DNA from: Longivirga aurantiaca
GTDB taxonomy: Bacteria > Actinomycetota > Actinomycetes > S36-B12 > CAIYMF01
Assembly (NCBI RefSeq): GCF_042660085.1
Contig: NZ_JBHSTI010000008.1
Span: 1,117,836 to 1,149,835, forward strand
Direction: 5' to 3'
Length of the DNA: 32,000 nucleotides
The notes under the pieces are model-generated. The model searched no databases. It saw only the letters and a list, made by a program, of their open reading frames with translations, and was not told where the DNA came from. How positions within the stretch are numbered: the stretch's first letter is position 1; each line of letters opens with the position of its first letter. The translations under genes and the position numbers were made by a program. Positions 17,960 through 28,064 of this stretch are shown here, in pieces.

Positions 17960-18022
17960 CGAGCGTGGGGCGAAGCTGAGTGCGGAATCCGTCGCAGAGC
18001 GCACGCTGGTTACCCGGGTAAC
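17947..18022. repeat. Full palindromic element bounded by two perfect GTTACCCGGGTAAC
   Basis: GTTACCCGGGTAAC at 17947-17960 and 18009-18022, enclosing GAGTGCGGAATCCGTCGCAGAGCGCACGCTG. Confidence 0.92.
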
Positions 18023-18028
18023 GGCCGA

Positions 18029-18133
18029 TCAGTCGGTGGCGAGCGCGGGGCGGTGCACCACGGCCCAGGTGGTGGCGATCTCGATGCGGTCGAGCTTGGC
18101 GGCCAGGTCCTCGAGCGGTACGGCGATGCTCAT
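18029..18133 (-). pseudogene. Internally deleted copy of the PPOX-like gene (34-codon in-frame remnant)
   Basis: MSIAVPLEDLAAKLDRIEIATTWAVVHRPALATD* joins the first 14 codons of 14129..14452 to its last codons. The size difference is 324-105 = 219 nt, exactly 73 codons. The upstream flank is also near-identical. Confidence 0.7.
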
Positions 18134-18440
18134 GCCCGCAGCCTCAGGAGTCCGGGGCGTGCGACCGACGGACTCGCGCTCTCGGTGTGAGCGTTCTCGG
18201 CGTACGTCGTGCTGGATCGCGTCGGAGCGAGCGCGATCCGGCACGGGGTTCCCGTGGCGGACGACCCGCTGGACGGACGACTCCTCGGCGAGAGGAGGCC
18301 GATCTGCCCACCTGCGCGACACCCTGCTCCGCGCGGACGATGCTGGCGTTGCGACCCGGCATCTCGTCGACCTCGATCTGGCCACCTGCCGACGGCTCCA
18401 GCGCCGGGCGGGAGCTCGTCACCGGCTGAGAGGACCTCCG

Positions 18441-19277
18441 ATGTGCCGCTGGTTCGTCTACCGAGGAGCGCCCCTGCGCACCAGCGAGCTGCTGCTGCAT
18501 CCGGTGCACTCGATCGTCGCGCAGTCACTGAACTCGCCGCTCGGCGCAGAGCCCGTGAACGGTGACGGGTTCGGATTCGGCTGGTATCCCGTGGACGGTG
18601 ACGGTCCGCCCGGGCTGTTCCACAGCATCGAGCCGGCCTGGCACGACCGGAACCTGCGCTCGCTGGCCGAGGCCGTGGTGTCGCCGCTGTTCTTCTGCCA
18701 TGTGCGCGCCGCAGCCGGGCCGCCGATCCAGCAGACCAATTGCCACCCGTTCCGCAACGACGGCTGGCTCTTCATGCACAACGGCGGCATCGCGGACTTC
18801 GATCGCGTCAAGCGCGACCTCGTACTCGCCGTCGACCCCGATCTCTACCCGCTCATGCTGGGCACGACCGATTCCGAGGTGCTCTTCCACCTCGCGCTCA
18901 CCCTCGGCCTGCGCGACGACCCCGTCGGCGCGATAGCGCGCGCGATCGCGTTCGTCGAACGGGTCGGTCACGAGCACGACGTGCGGTTCCCGTTCCAGGG
19001 CAGCATCGCAACGACGGACGGCGACTCGGTCTGGGCGTTCCGCTACTCGTCGCAGGGGCGGTCGCGCTCGCTGTTCCACTCGACCGACATCTCCGACCTG
19101 CGCACGATGTACCCGGACGAGTCGCGGCTCTCCCTCTTCTCCGACGACGCGCGCGTGATCGTGTCGGAGCCCATCAACGACCTGCCCGGCGCGTTCCTCG
19201 AGGTGCCCGAGGCGTCGGTGGCGATCCTCGACGCGGCGGGCTACCGGCACGCCGCCTTCGCGCCCGCCGGGTCCTGA
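18441..19277 (+). CDS. Class II glutamine amidotransferase (EgtC/YafJ-like)
   Basis: MCRWFVYRGAPLRTSELL... with catalytic Cys2, NGDGFGFGWY, HVRAAAGPPIQQTNCHPF, FMHNGGIADF, GTTDSEVLFHL. SD GAGAGGA lies upstream of ATG 18441. Confidence 0.9.
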   Translation: MCRWFVYRGAPLRTSELLLHPVHSIVAQSLNSPLGAEPVNGDGFGFGWYPVDGDGPPGLFHSIEPAWHDRNLRSLAEAVVSPLFFCHVRAAAGPPIQQTNCHPFRNDGWLFMHNGGIADFDRVKRDLVLAVDPDLYPLMLGTTDSEVLFHLALTLGLRDDPVGAIARAIAFVERVGHEHDVRFPFQGSIATTDGDSVWAFRYSSQGRSRSLFHSTDISDLRTMYPDESRLSLFSDDARVIVSEPINDLPGAFLEVPEASVAILDAAGYRHAAFAPAGS

Positions 19278-19543
19278 GCACGGCGTACCTGGTGCTGGAT
19301 CGCGTCGTGGGGCGCGCTCGTCACCCGGGTAGGCCGTGCGGCGGGTAGGGGGCGGCGAGCGCGCGTCGTGGGGAGCGCGCTCGCGCTCGGGCGTGGAGCG
19401 GCAGGCGGGGATGGGCGCTGCGGGCACGCGTGGGCGTCCCGAGCGGCGCCTCGTCGTGCATCGGTCCGACGCGTCGGACAACAATGAACGTGGGCGGCCA
19501 CCTGGCGCCTCGGTGGGGTGCCGACCGCCGGGGGAGGTGTCCC

Positions 19544-20569
19544 ATGCGCCGGACGACGCTCATCCTGGTTCCGCTGGTTCTCATCCTGGCTGGCTGCGGC
19601 AGCACGGCCTCGCCCGGAGGGACGACGTCGCCAGCCGCGACGACGTCACCGTCGGTCTCCGGCTCCATGACGGCAGGATCGCTCGTGGACGTGCCCGGCT
19701 ACTCGTACGCCGAGCCCAGCGCGGCCGACCTCGCGACGCTCGAGCCGCTGACCTCGCGCTTCGGCTTCGCGCAGGTGACGACCCGCCTCGTCACCACCCC
19801 CGGGGCCGACCGCGTCCTGCTGGTCGTCTTCTCGGGCGGCACGCCGAAAGCCGACGCGACCGCGGCCGCGGCAGCCATGGCCGGCGAACTGGGCGCGAGG
19901 GCCGGCAACGAGGTCTTCACCGAGCTGATCGAGGCGCGAGCGCGCGTGGCCCACTCGGCCGCCGTCGTCGCTGATCTCGGGCCGGTGTACGTCTACTCCT
20001 TCGAGCAGGACGGGAAGGTCTACTGGGTCCTGAGCGACGGCGATGTCGACGGCGGCAGGTTCGTCGAGGCGCTGGTGCGCGAGGTGGTCCCTGAAGGCGC
20101 ACTCGGCACGTCACCCGCAGCGACGCCCGGCGCGGGGGAGCCGAGCCTCGTCCCCGTACCCGGCTACGGCTACGCCGAGCTGGAGGGCGAGGCCGCCTCG
20201 ATGTTCGGCATCAGCGGGCCGAAGGAGGGGTGGTCGCAGGCCTCGACGCATCGGGTGACCGGTGTCCCGACCCTGGTGGTGCTGGGCGTGCTCGTGCCCG
20301 ACGCATCGCTGGCCGCCGACAAGGACGCCATGGCTACGGCCGCGGACCTCGCTGGCGTGCTGCTCACGCAGCCGGACGACACGGTGAAGTCGGAGACCAT
20401 CGGCGGGCAGGACCTGCGGCACTCCCGCTTCACCGCCACGAACAGCGAGCGCATGTCCTCCATCTCGTTCGTGCACGACGGCACCGTCTACTGGCTGATC
20501 TGCGAGGACGACGTCGACTGCACAGGCTTCGCAACGGCGCTGATCCGCCAGCTCGGAACCGATTCCTGA
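19544..20569 (+). CDS. Putative lipoprotein with internally duplicated domain
   Basis: MRRTTLILVPLVLILAGCGSTASPGG has lipobox LAGC. SD GGGGGAGG lies just upstream. Repeated VDVPGYSYAEPSAADLATLEPL and VPVPGYGYAELEGEAASMFG segments. Confidence 0.82.
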   Translation: MRRTTLILVPLVLILAGCGSTASPGGTTSPAATTSPSVSGSMTAGSLVDVPGYSYAEPSAADLATLEPLTSRFGFAQVTTRLVTTPGADRVLLVVFSGGTPKADATAAAAAMAGELGARAGNEVFTELIEARARVAHSAAVVADLGPVYVYSFEQDGKVYWVLSDGDVDGGRFVEALVREVVPEGALGTSPAATPGAGEPSLVPVPGYGYAELEGEAASMFGISGPKEGWSQASTHRVTGVPTLVVLGVLVPDASLAADKDAMATAADLAGVLLTQPDDTVKSETIGGQDLRHSRFTATNSERMSSISFVHDGTVYWLICEDDVDCTGFATALIRQLGTDS

Positions 20570-20726
20570 CGCCGGGGGCGACGGACGGCCCAGGGGGCTG
20601 GCCCCGTCGAACGGCCGGGCGCCGGGGGGAAGTCGACAGGACTCCGCGAAGGCCCCAGCCCTACTCTGACGCTGACGGGCGCTGGGGCGCCCGGCCTCCG
20701 CGGCCGCTCGCCAAGGGGTGATCCCC

Positions 20727-21524
20727 GTGCTGAGCACATCTCGCACCCGTTCGCTCGTCCTCGTCGTCGCCTGCCTGGCGGTTGCCGCGTGCGGGCCGAC
20801 CCCGGCTCCCGGGTTGAGCGCCAGCAGCTCGACGCCCTCGACCGGAGCCTCTGCCACCTCCCCGACCGCCACCACCACGACCTCTGCCACGCCGTCGACG
20901 CAATCGGCCACGCCGGTCGACCGCGACCCGCTCACGCACAAGCTGCTGGCCGAGGACTTCTCCCAGGGCCCCGGCGTCTTCCACGTCGGCGACCTGAACG
21001 GCTACACGTACGCGGTCAAGGACGGCGCGTACGTCATCACCGCGACGTCCAAGCCGTCCGGCCCGGCCGAGACGTACGGCGAGTACGCACGAGTCGCGTA
21101 CGCCATCGACTCGAGCGTCGACGTGGTCGGCGCGGCGTCGGCCGGCACGAAGACCGCCGTCGGCATCGCCTGCTTCGACGCCGCGGGCGAGAACGGCCTC
21201 ATGATGCTCGCGGCGGCGGACGGCTCGGGCGGTGCCTATCTCAGGTTCGTGAACGGCGTGCCGGACGCCGAGCCGCTCGCCGAGTGGGGCGCCTCGCTGA
21301 CATCCGGAGCAGCGGTGACGTCCCTGCGGTTCCTGGCTGCCATCAGCAACCCTCTGAACGACGACGTACGCCTCTCGGGCTGGGTGAACGGGGTGGCCGT
21401 GCCCGCGAGTCCCGAGACGGACAAGTTCGAGGGCTGCGCCGGCATGGTCCTGTTGCTGATGGCACCCACCAAGGGCGTCAGCGTGAGCTTCGACAACGCA
21501 CGCGCGATCGTGCCCGGGGAGTAG
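20727..21524 (+). CDS. Putative lipoprotein with Ser/Thr-rich linker and beta-rich (possibly laminin G/concanavalin-like) domain
   Basis: LSTSRTRSLVLVVACLAVAACGPTPAPG has lipobox VAAC, followed by an STPSTGASATSPTATTTTS linker. GTG at 20727 or 20718 is the start. Confidence 0.75.
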   Translation: MLSTSRTRSLVLVVACLAVAACGPTPAPGLSASSSTPSTGASATSPTATTTTSATPSTQSATPVDRDPLTHKLLAEDFSQGPGVFHVGDLNGYTYAVKDGAYVITATSKPSGPAETYGEYARVAYAIDSSVDVVGAASAGTKTAVGIACFDAAGENGLMMLAAADGSGGAYLRFVNGVPDAEPLAEWGASLTSGAAVTSLRFLAAISNPLNDDVRLSGWVNGVAVPASPETDKFEGCAGMVLLLMAPTKGVSVSFDNARAIVPGE

Positions 21525-21548
21525 TCGCCGGGCCCGACGTCGTACCTG

Positions 21549-21590
21549 AGCGGGGATCCCGTCGTGGAGCGAACGCTGGGTACCCAGGTA
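21549..21590. repeat. Diverged copy of the palindromic element
   Basis: AGCGGGGATCCCGTCGTGGAGCGAACGCTGGGTACCCAGGTA follows the 20727..21524 gene. Confidence 0.65.
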
Positions 21591-21650
21591 GCGGGGGTGC
21601 GAGCCCCTGCTCGGCAGGATTCCGCGCGCACGGAGGGGAAGGATGAGGAC

Positions 21651-24600
21651 ATGACCAGGTCGCCCTTTCAACCGTGATCCCGCCGGCTGGTACCTCGACC
21701 CGACGGGACGAGCACGACTGCGCTACTGGGATGGTCACCTGCTGACCGCCTGGGTGTCCGACGGCGAGACGACCCGGCTCGACCCCGAGCCCCTCGCCCC
21801 GCGCCAGATCCGCACCGACGACCACGAGCACATCGTGTTCGTGCGCGAGGTCTTCCTCCCGCTGGCGAGGGCGCGTGGACGTGTCGGACGCGAAGTCCTC
21901 GACGAGCTGGGCGAGTACGCCTGGTACCTCGAGAGCGCCGTCGGCCGTGCCGACGCCGTGAGCCCGGCGAGAGCGGCTGCCGCCCAGGTGCGGGTCGGAG
22001 CCACGACCGTGAGGAGCGGCACGTCGTACACCGTCGCTCCCGCCGTCGCGCCGCCCGGCACCATGCCCGCACCGCGCACCACCGCACCGCCGACACGCAC
22101 CGCTGCCCCGGTGGCCCGTGAGGTGCCGGCCCCGGCACCTGCGCAGGAGGAGCGCGGCCCGAGCCGCAGCAGCCTCAGGTGGGCGCGCTTCACCGACTCG
22201 GTCGGCTCCGATCTCGCCACGCACGGCCTCGCCTACCTCGGCGTGCTGCTGCTGTTCATCGGCGTGTTCGGCCTCGTGGCGTTCGCGTTCGGCGACGTCG
22301 CGCCCACGATGCGACCGGTCGCCGAGATCGGCATCGCGCTGGCACCGTTCGTGGCCGCCTGGATGCTGCTGCGTCGCGGGGCCGACATCGCCGGCCGTGC
22401 TCTCGAGACCGCGGGCGGCCTGCTGCTGCCCGTCATGCTCGTGACGTCGTTCCTCGACGGCGTGCCCGTCCCTCCCGACCTGGTCGGAGTCCCGCTCGCC
22501 ATCACGCTCACCCTGGTGACCGCAGCGGTCAGCGGCGCCTATGCGCTGTGGAGCCTGCGTCATCGCACCTCCGCGCTGCGCTACCTCGTCGCACCCGTCG
22601 CCTGGTTGTCGGTTGGCCTCGCCGTGATGGGCGTGGGGCGCGAGATCCCGAGCGGCAGCGGTGTCGCGGTCGTGACCGCGGCGCAGGTGGCGGCGATCTC
22701 GGTCGCCATGGCTGCCTCGCTGCTGTGGGCCCGGCTCGCACCCGCAGCGGTGCTGTCGGCGCCCACGCTCACGAGCGGTGCCGTCGGCAGCTGCGTCGTG
22801 GCGCTGCTCGCGCTCATGACGTGGATCTCGGGCGGATGGCCGCCGGTCGCGATCGCCGTCACCGGTGTCGCCGGCCTCGCGGTGCTCGAGCTGCTCGACG
22901 GCCGGGTGCCGCACGCCGTCGTCCGCATCGCCCAGCCGCTCTGGTGGGCGCTCGCGGCGACCGCTCTGCTGCCCGCGCTCGGCCCGACCGCCACCGGTCT
23001 CGCGACCGCCGCGGCGCTCGGCTGCGCCGGGTTCCTCGTGCTCGTCGAGCTCTCCGGACGCGACCGCGCCAGCCTGCCGTTCCTGCTCGCCGGCCTCGGC
23101 CTGGGCGGCACGTTCCTCGTGACGCTCAACGAGCCGTGGTTCGCGTGCGCCGCTGCCGCGGTGCTGGCGGTGTGGTCCGGCGTACGGCGCCTGCACGGGT
23201 TCGCCGTGCCGTGGTCCCGCCCTGCCCTCGACGTGGTCGCCGGTCTCATGCCGGTCGTCGCGGTGACGGCGCTGGGATTCGCGACGCGGCACGCGCCTCT
23301 CGCCCTGATGGTCGGCAGCGTGCTCGTGCTGCTCGCGGTCGTGCCGATCGACGTCACCGCCGTGCGCGTGCGGCTGCGCCGTGATCCGGCCGACCACTTC
23401 TGGATGCTGTGGTGGGACGCCGGCATGGTCGCTGCCGTCGTCGCGACGGTCGTGATGGTCACGGGCTTCTGGCCCGCCGACCCCTCGGCGCAGTGGATTC
23501 TTGGCGCCGTTCCCGCGGTGCTCGCGCTGTCGGCCGCGGTCGGTCCGCTGCGCGCCACCTGGCGCCCCTGGCCGACCCTCGCGCTGCTCACCTGGTCGTG
23601 GCTCATCACCGCGACGACCGCCGGCTGGCCGCTCGCCTGGACGCTGGGTGCTCCGGCCGTCGTCGCCCTCGTGATCGTCGCGCTCGTGCACGCGCTGCCG
23701 CGCGCGGTCGCGCACTGGTCGTCGCCAGGCCAGCTCGGCACCGCCGCGCTCGTGCTCCTGGTGGTGTGCATCGCGCTGGCCGGCACGCCCAACGGCTGGC
23801 TCCCGGCGCTGCTCGTGTCGGCGCTCGCCGCCGGTCTGGTGCTGGTGACGGCGTACGACGAGGTCGGGCGCTCGCCCGTGGCCGACGTGTTCGTCGACCT
23901 CATGGGCCCCGACGTCCGCTACGCCGGTGCCGCGTTCGCCGCGCTGTCCGTGCCGCTGTCGGCCATGCTCCTGCTCGATGCGTCCGGCGCCCTGCCGTTC
24001 GAGTCGTGGTGGGCGGGCATCACGCTCAGCGTGACCGCGCTGGTGTACGCCGCGGCCACGCGCCTGCCGACGTCCGCGCATCTCGGCCGCGTGCTCACGT
24101 GGACCGCGATCGCGGGCTCCCTGGCCGGTGTCGCGGTGGCGTGGTCGACCACGTTCCTCGCCTCGTCGGCGCTGCTCGGCTACCGCTGGGCGATGGTGGC
24201 CGCGCTCGCGGCGGTGGCGGTGCTGCCGCTGCTGCTCGCGCCTGCACGCCGCCCGTTGGTCGGTGTCTGGCTGGGGTGGGCAGCGGTCGTGCCGACGGTG
24301 TCGTTGGCTGCCGCGCTCGTGATCCCGGCGTACGCCGATCTCGGCGACGCGCTCGCCGCAGCCACCGCTCTGGTGCTGCTCGGCGGCGCGCTGCTGCTCG
24401 GCGCGCTCGCGCTCGACCTGAGGGGACGGGCGTGGGAGCCGGTGCTGCGGCCGGTCACGTCGTGGCTGCGCCCGCCTGCCGCGCTCGGCGCACTCGAGGT
24501 CGTGGCCGGTGCGGCGATCGCGCTCGCGGTGACACCGCAGCCCGACACCTGGGGCGGATGGCTCCTGGTGCTCGCGGCGCTCGTCGTCGCCGGCGTGGCT

Positions 24601-26277
24601 GCGCTCGCCCGCGCGTGGTCGCTGGTCGCGGGGTCGACGCTGCTCGCCTGGATCGGCACGCTCGTGCTGGCGGGCGAGGCGATCGCGTCTCGTCCGTGGA
24701 TCCCGCTGCTGGTCGCAGCGCTCGTCCTGGCTGCGGCCGAGGTGGCGCACCGCCTGGTGCCCGACCGGCGCGCGTGGGTGCGTGCCGACGTCTGGCTGCT
24801 GGCGGCCGCGCACGTGCCTGCGATCACCGCGCTCGTCGTGGTGACCGAGGCGGGTCTCGCGCTCGTGCTGCTCGCCCTCGGCGTGCTCGCCGCCGTCGTG
24901 GCCTGGCGGCTGCGCACGTTGGTGCTCGTGGCCTCGGCCTACGGAATGGTGGCCGGTGCGCTCGTGCTGCTGGCCGGTGCCACGGCCGGGCAGGGCTGGC
25001 AGGCCCTGGCCTTCGCGGCAGTGTCGGTCGCGTGCAGCGCGGTGGCGGCGCGCATCCAGCATCTCCCGAGCCGGCTCGTGCTCGTGGCGACCGGATCGGT
25101 GCTCGGGCTCGTCGCGTGGCTGTCGCTGGTGACGTGGGTGGGCTGGTCGGACGAGGCTGTCGCCGACTCCACGGTCCTGCTCGCTGCCGCGGTGACCGCG
25201 GGTGCCGCCTGCCTCGTGCGGTGGACCTCGGTCGACCGGCTCGTGCTGCTCGTGCGCGGCGCGGTCGCGGTGCTCACGGTCACGGTGCTGCCGATGGTCG
25301 TCGGAGCGGGCGTCGGTGCCGGAGGAGGCGTGGCGCGTTGGCTGACGCCTGCGGTCGCCGCCTCGGTGCTCGTGGTCGCGGTGTCGTGCGCGGTCGTGGC
25401 ACGGCCGCTGGGGCAGGCGTGGCTGCGGCACGCGGCAGCGGCGTACTCGGTGCTCGCGCTGGTCGAGAGCTTCGTGGCCTTCGGCGTCGAGCCCGGTGGG
25501 CAGCTCGCTGTGCTCGCGGTTCTCGCGCTCGCCGCCTCGGTGACCATGCTCGTCCCGTGGCGCACGCCGCTGGGCGAGTGGGCGCTGCCGCTGGCGGCGT
25601 TCGGCGCGATGACGACGTTCGCCGGTCTGGTCGTGGCACTGATCGAGCTGCCGGATCCGGGGCTCGTGCCCGCTGCGCTGCTCGTGTCGGCGGCGTACTC
25701 GGCGTCGCTCGGGGTGTCCCAGCGGCTGGTCGGGGTCGAGCTGCTCGCGCCGGTGCTCGCCTGTGCTGCCTGGATCACGTGGGCGGCCCAGGCGCTCGAC
25801 GGGAACCCGCAGTGGTTCACCGTGCCGATCGGCCTCGCGCTCCTGGTCTCGGTCGCCCTGCTGCGCCTCGACCGGCGCACGCGTGGCGTCGCCGTCGACT
25901 CGACCGACGTGGTCGTGCTCGAGGTGGTGGGCATCGCGTTCCTGGTCGGTGCGTCGTTCGTGCAGATCTTCACGGTGTCGCTGGCGTACGCCGGCCTCGC
26001 CGCGGCGATCGGCCTCGCGATCGTCGCGTGGGCCGTGCTGACACGGGTACGGCGTCGGCTCACGCTCGGCGTGGCCATCACCTGCGCGGCGCTCGCGCTG
26101 CTCGTGCTCGTGCCGCTCGCGCAGCTGCTGCCCGCCTGGACGGGCGCGACGCTGTGGATCGCGATCGCTGCGATCGGCCTGGTAGCGATCCTCGTGGCGA
26201 CTCTGCTCGAGCAGGGGCGCGCGGTGGTGCGGCGCGGCATCGACCAGCTGCACCGCCTGACGGAGGGATGGGAGTAG
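21651..26277 (+). CDS. Giant polytopic membrane protein (about 1500 aa, multiple TM segments) with N-terminal DUF2510-like segment; 5' end apparently frameshifted
   Basis: The long frame from GTG 21754 encodes many hydrophobic helices (YLGVLLLFIGVFGLVAFAFGDVAPTMRPVAEIGIALAPFVAAWMLLRRG...). Upstream in the same frame is RDPAGWYLDPTGRARLRYWDGHLLTAWV (DUF2510-like), but the SD-preceded ATG at 21651 is one frame off. Confidence 0.78.
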
Positions 26278-26296
26278 GCGCTGCTGCGCCGTGGCT

Positions 26297-26402
26297 GAGT
26301 GGGGATCCCGTCGCAGAGCGCACGCCGGTTACCCGGGTAGCGGGCGGCGGCCGTAGTTGAGTGCGGAATCCGTCGCAGAGCGCACGCTGGTTACCCGGGT
26401 AG
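26297..26402. repeat. Two tandem copies of the palindromic element between convergent genes
   Basis: Units at 26297-26340 and 26359-26402, start-to-start spacing 62 bp. They fill the gap between the stops at 26277 and 26409. Confidence 0.9.
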
Positions 26403-26408
26403 CGCGGG

Positions 26409-28064
26409 TCAGATGCCCCAGGGGAGGCCGACGGCGTACCAGAGGAGGAAGAACGCGGTCCACACGCCGATGAGCGCGAAGAAGTACGGCATCATCAGCG
26501 CGATCACCGTGCCGATGCCCGAGCGCTTGTCGTAGCGGGCTGCGAACACCACGATCAGCGGGAAGTACGCCATGATCGGCGTCACGATGTTGAGCGGGGA
26601 GTCCGACGTCCGGTACATCGCCAGGATCGCCTCGGGCTCGACGCCGAGACGCAGGAACAGCGGGATGAAGATGGGCGCGAGCAGGGCCCACTTCGCGATC
26701 GCCTGCGGGATGATGATGCCCACGCCCCACGTGATGACCATCGCGATGAGCAGCAGCAGGATCACCGGGATGTCGATGTTCTCGATGAGGTTGCCGAGCT
26801 TCACCGCCGCGACCTGCGGCATGTTCGAGTAGTTGAAGTATGCGATGAACTGCGCGATCAGCAGGAACAGCAGCAGCAGGCCGGCGAGCCCGGCCCACGA
26901 CTTCGTGATCGCTTCGATCACCTGGGTGCCGCTGCGGATGGTGCCGGCACCGCGGCCGTAGCCCATGCCCGCCGCGAGGAACAGCACCGTGATGATCACG
27001 ATGAGGCTGTTCATGAACGGCGATGTGCCGATGATCGAGCCGGTCTCGGGGTCGCGCAGCGGTGCGCCCGGGGGGAGCGTCAGGAGCAGGATCACCGTCA
27101 GCGCCCCGAGGAACCACCAGCCGGCGAGGCGCAGTCCGCGGCTGTCGGCGTCCTCGTCGACCTCGGGGGAGTCGTCGGCCTTCTGGATGTCGCTCGCGTC
27201 GGCGTCGGGAGCCACCGAGTCGTCGTACGTGCCGAGCCGCTTCTCCACCACGCGGGTGGTGACGATCGAGAGCAGCACGGTGAGCAGGATGGTCGACCCG
27301 ATGCCGTACCAGAGGTTCGACGTGATGCTGATCGACAGCGACGGGTCGACGAGCGCGATCGACTCGTTGGTGATCTCCGCGAGGACGGCGTCGGTGGGCG
27401 TGATGAGGAAGTTGACGCCGAAACCGCCCGCCACACCGGCGAACGCGGCGGCCATGCCGGCGAGCGGATGCCGCCCGACCGAGGCGAAGGCGGCGGCGCC
27501 GAGGGGGATGAGCACGAGGTAGCCGGCGTCCGAGGCGATCGAGGAGATGATGCCCAGGAACACGATGATGTAGGTGAGCGTGCCGGGCGAGGACACCGCG
27601 ACGAGCTTGCGGATCAGCGACGAGATCAGGCCCGACCGCTCGGCCACGCCGACGCCGATCATCACGATGAGGATGATCCCCATCGCGGTGAAGCCCATGA
27701 AGTTCGAGACGAACGACGTGAAGAGGAAGCGGATGCCGTCGGCGCTGAGCAGGCTCTCGATCTCGACCGTCTCGGTGACGACGTCGTAGTCAGCGGCCTG
27801 GGGCGGCTGCGCCGGCAGCACCTCGCCCGGTATGGACGAGCCGCCGACGCCGACGACCTCGACCGCCTGGGCGTCGGGCTTGACCACCTCGTACGTCGCG
27901 CTGACGCCGGCCCAGGCCAGCAGCTGCGAGAGCACGATGACGCCCACGCACAGCGCGAGGAACAGGATCGCCGGGTGCGGCACCTTGTTGCCGACGCGCT
28001 CGACGACGTCGAGCGCCCGCTGCATCGGGCCGCCCGACTTGGCCGGCGCCTCGGCCGTGCTCAC
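26409..28064 (-). CDS. AbgT-family transporter (p-aminobenzoyl-glutamate transporter-like)
   Basis: [33 protein letters not shown]... [53 protein letters not shown]... [16 protein letters not shown] start at 28064 overlaps the upstream stop (GTGA). Confidence 0.92.
   Translation of the reverse strand: MSTAEAPAKSGGPMQRALDVVERVGNKVPHPAILFLALCVGVIVLSQLLAWAGVSATYEVVKPDAQAVEVVGVGGSSIPGEVLPAQPPQAADYDVVTETVEIESLLSADGIRFLFTSFVSNFMGFTAMGIILIVMIGVGVAERSGLISSLIRKLVAVSSPGTLTYIIVFLGIISSIASDAGYLVLIPLGAAAFASVGRHPLAGMAAAFAGVAGGFGVNFLITPTDAVLAEITNESIALVDPSLSISITSNLWYGIGSTILLTVLLSIVTTRVVEKRLGTYDDSVAPDADASDIQKADDSPEVDEDADSRGLRLAGWWFLGALTVILLLTLPPGAPLRDPETGSIIGTSPFMNSLIVIITVLFLAAGMGYGRGAGTIRSGTQVIEAITKSWAGLAGLLLLFLLIAQFIAYFNYSNMPQVAAVKLGNLIENIDIPVILLLLIAMVITWGVGIIIPQAIAKWALLAPIFIPLFLRLGVEPEAILAMYRTSDSPLNIVTPIMAYFPLIVVFAARYDKRSGIGTVIALMMPYFFALIGVWTAFFLLWYAVGLPWGI

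Noticed and set aside
17910-18022. Insertion-sequence ends or transposon
   Set aside because: No transposase or remnant reading frame is associated and no target-site duplication could be recognised, so it was listed as a repeat only.
18036-18440. N-terminal extension of the glutamine amidotransferase ORF
   Set aside because: Class II amidotransferases need Cys at position 2. MCRWF at 18441 with an SD is the credible start, and the extension overlaps the PPOX remnant.
20570-20640. GC-rich stretch after the duplicated-domain lipoprotein as a terminator
   Set aside because: Only short imperfect pairing could be found by eye, so it is not supportable.
21478-26253. 1591-aa minus-strand ORF opposite the giant membrane protein
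   Set aside because: Arg/His/Glu-rich low-complexity translation (HRDRHRREREPHEHEH type) is typical of the antisense of high-GC genes. The plus frame has clear TM segments.
23409-26360. 983-aa plus-strand ORF in another frame
   Set aside because: Ala/Arg/Gly-rich shadow frame of the same gene, with no domains.
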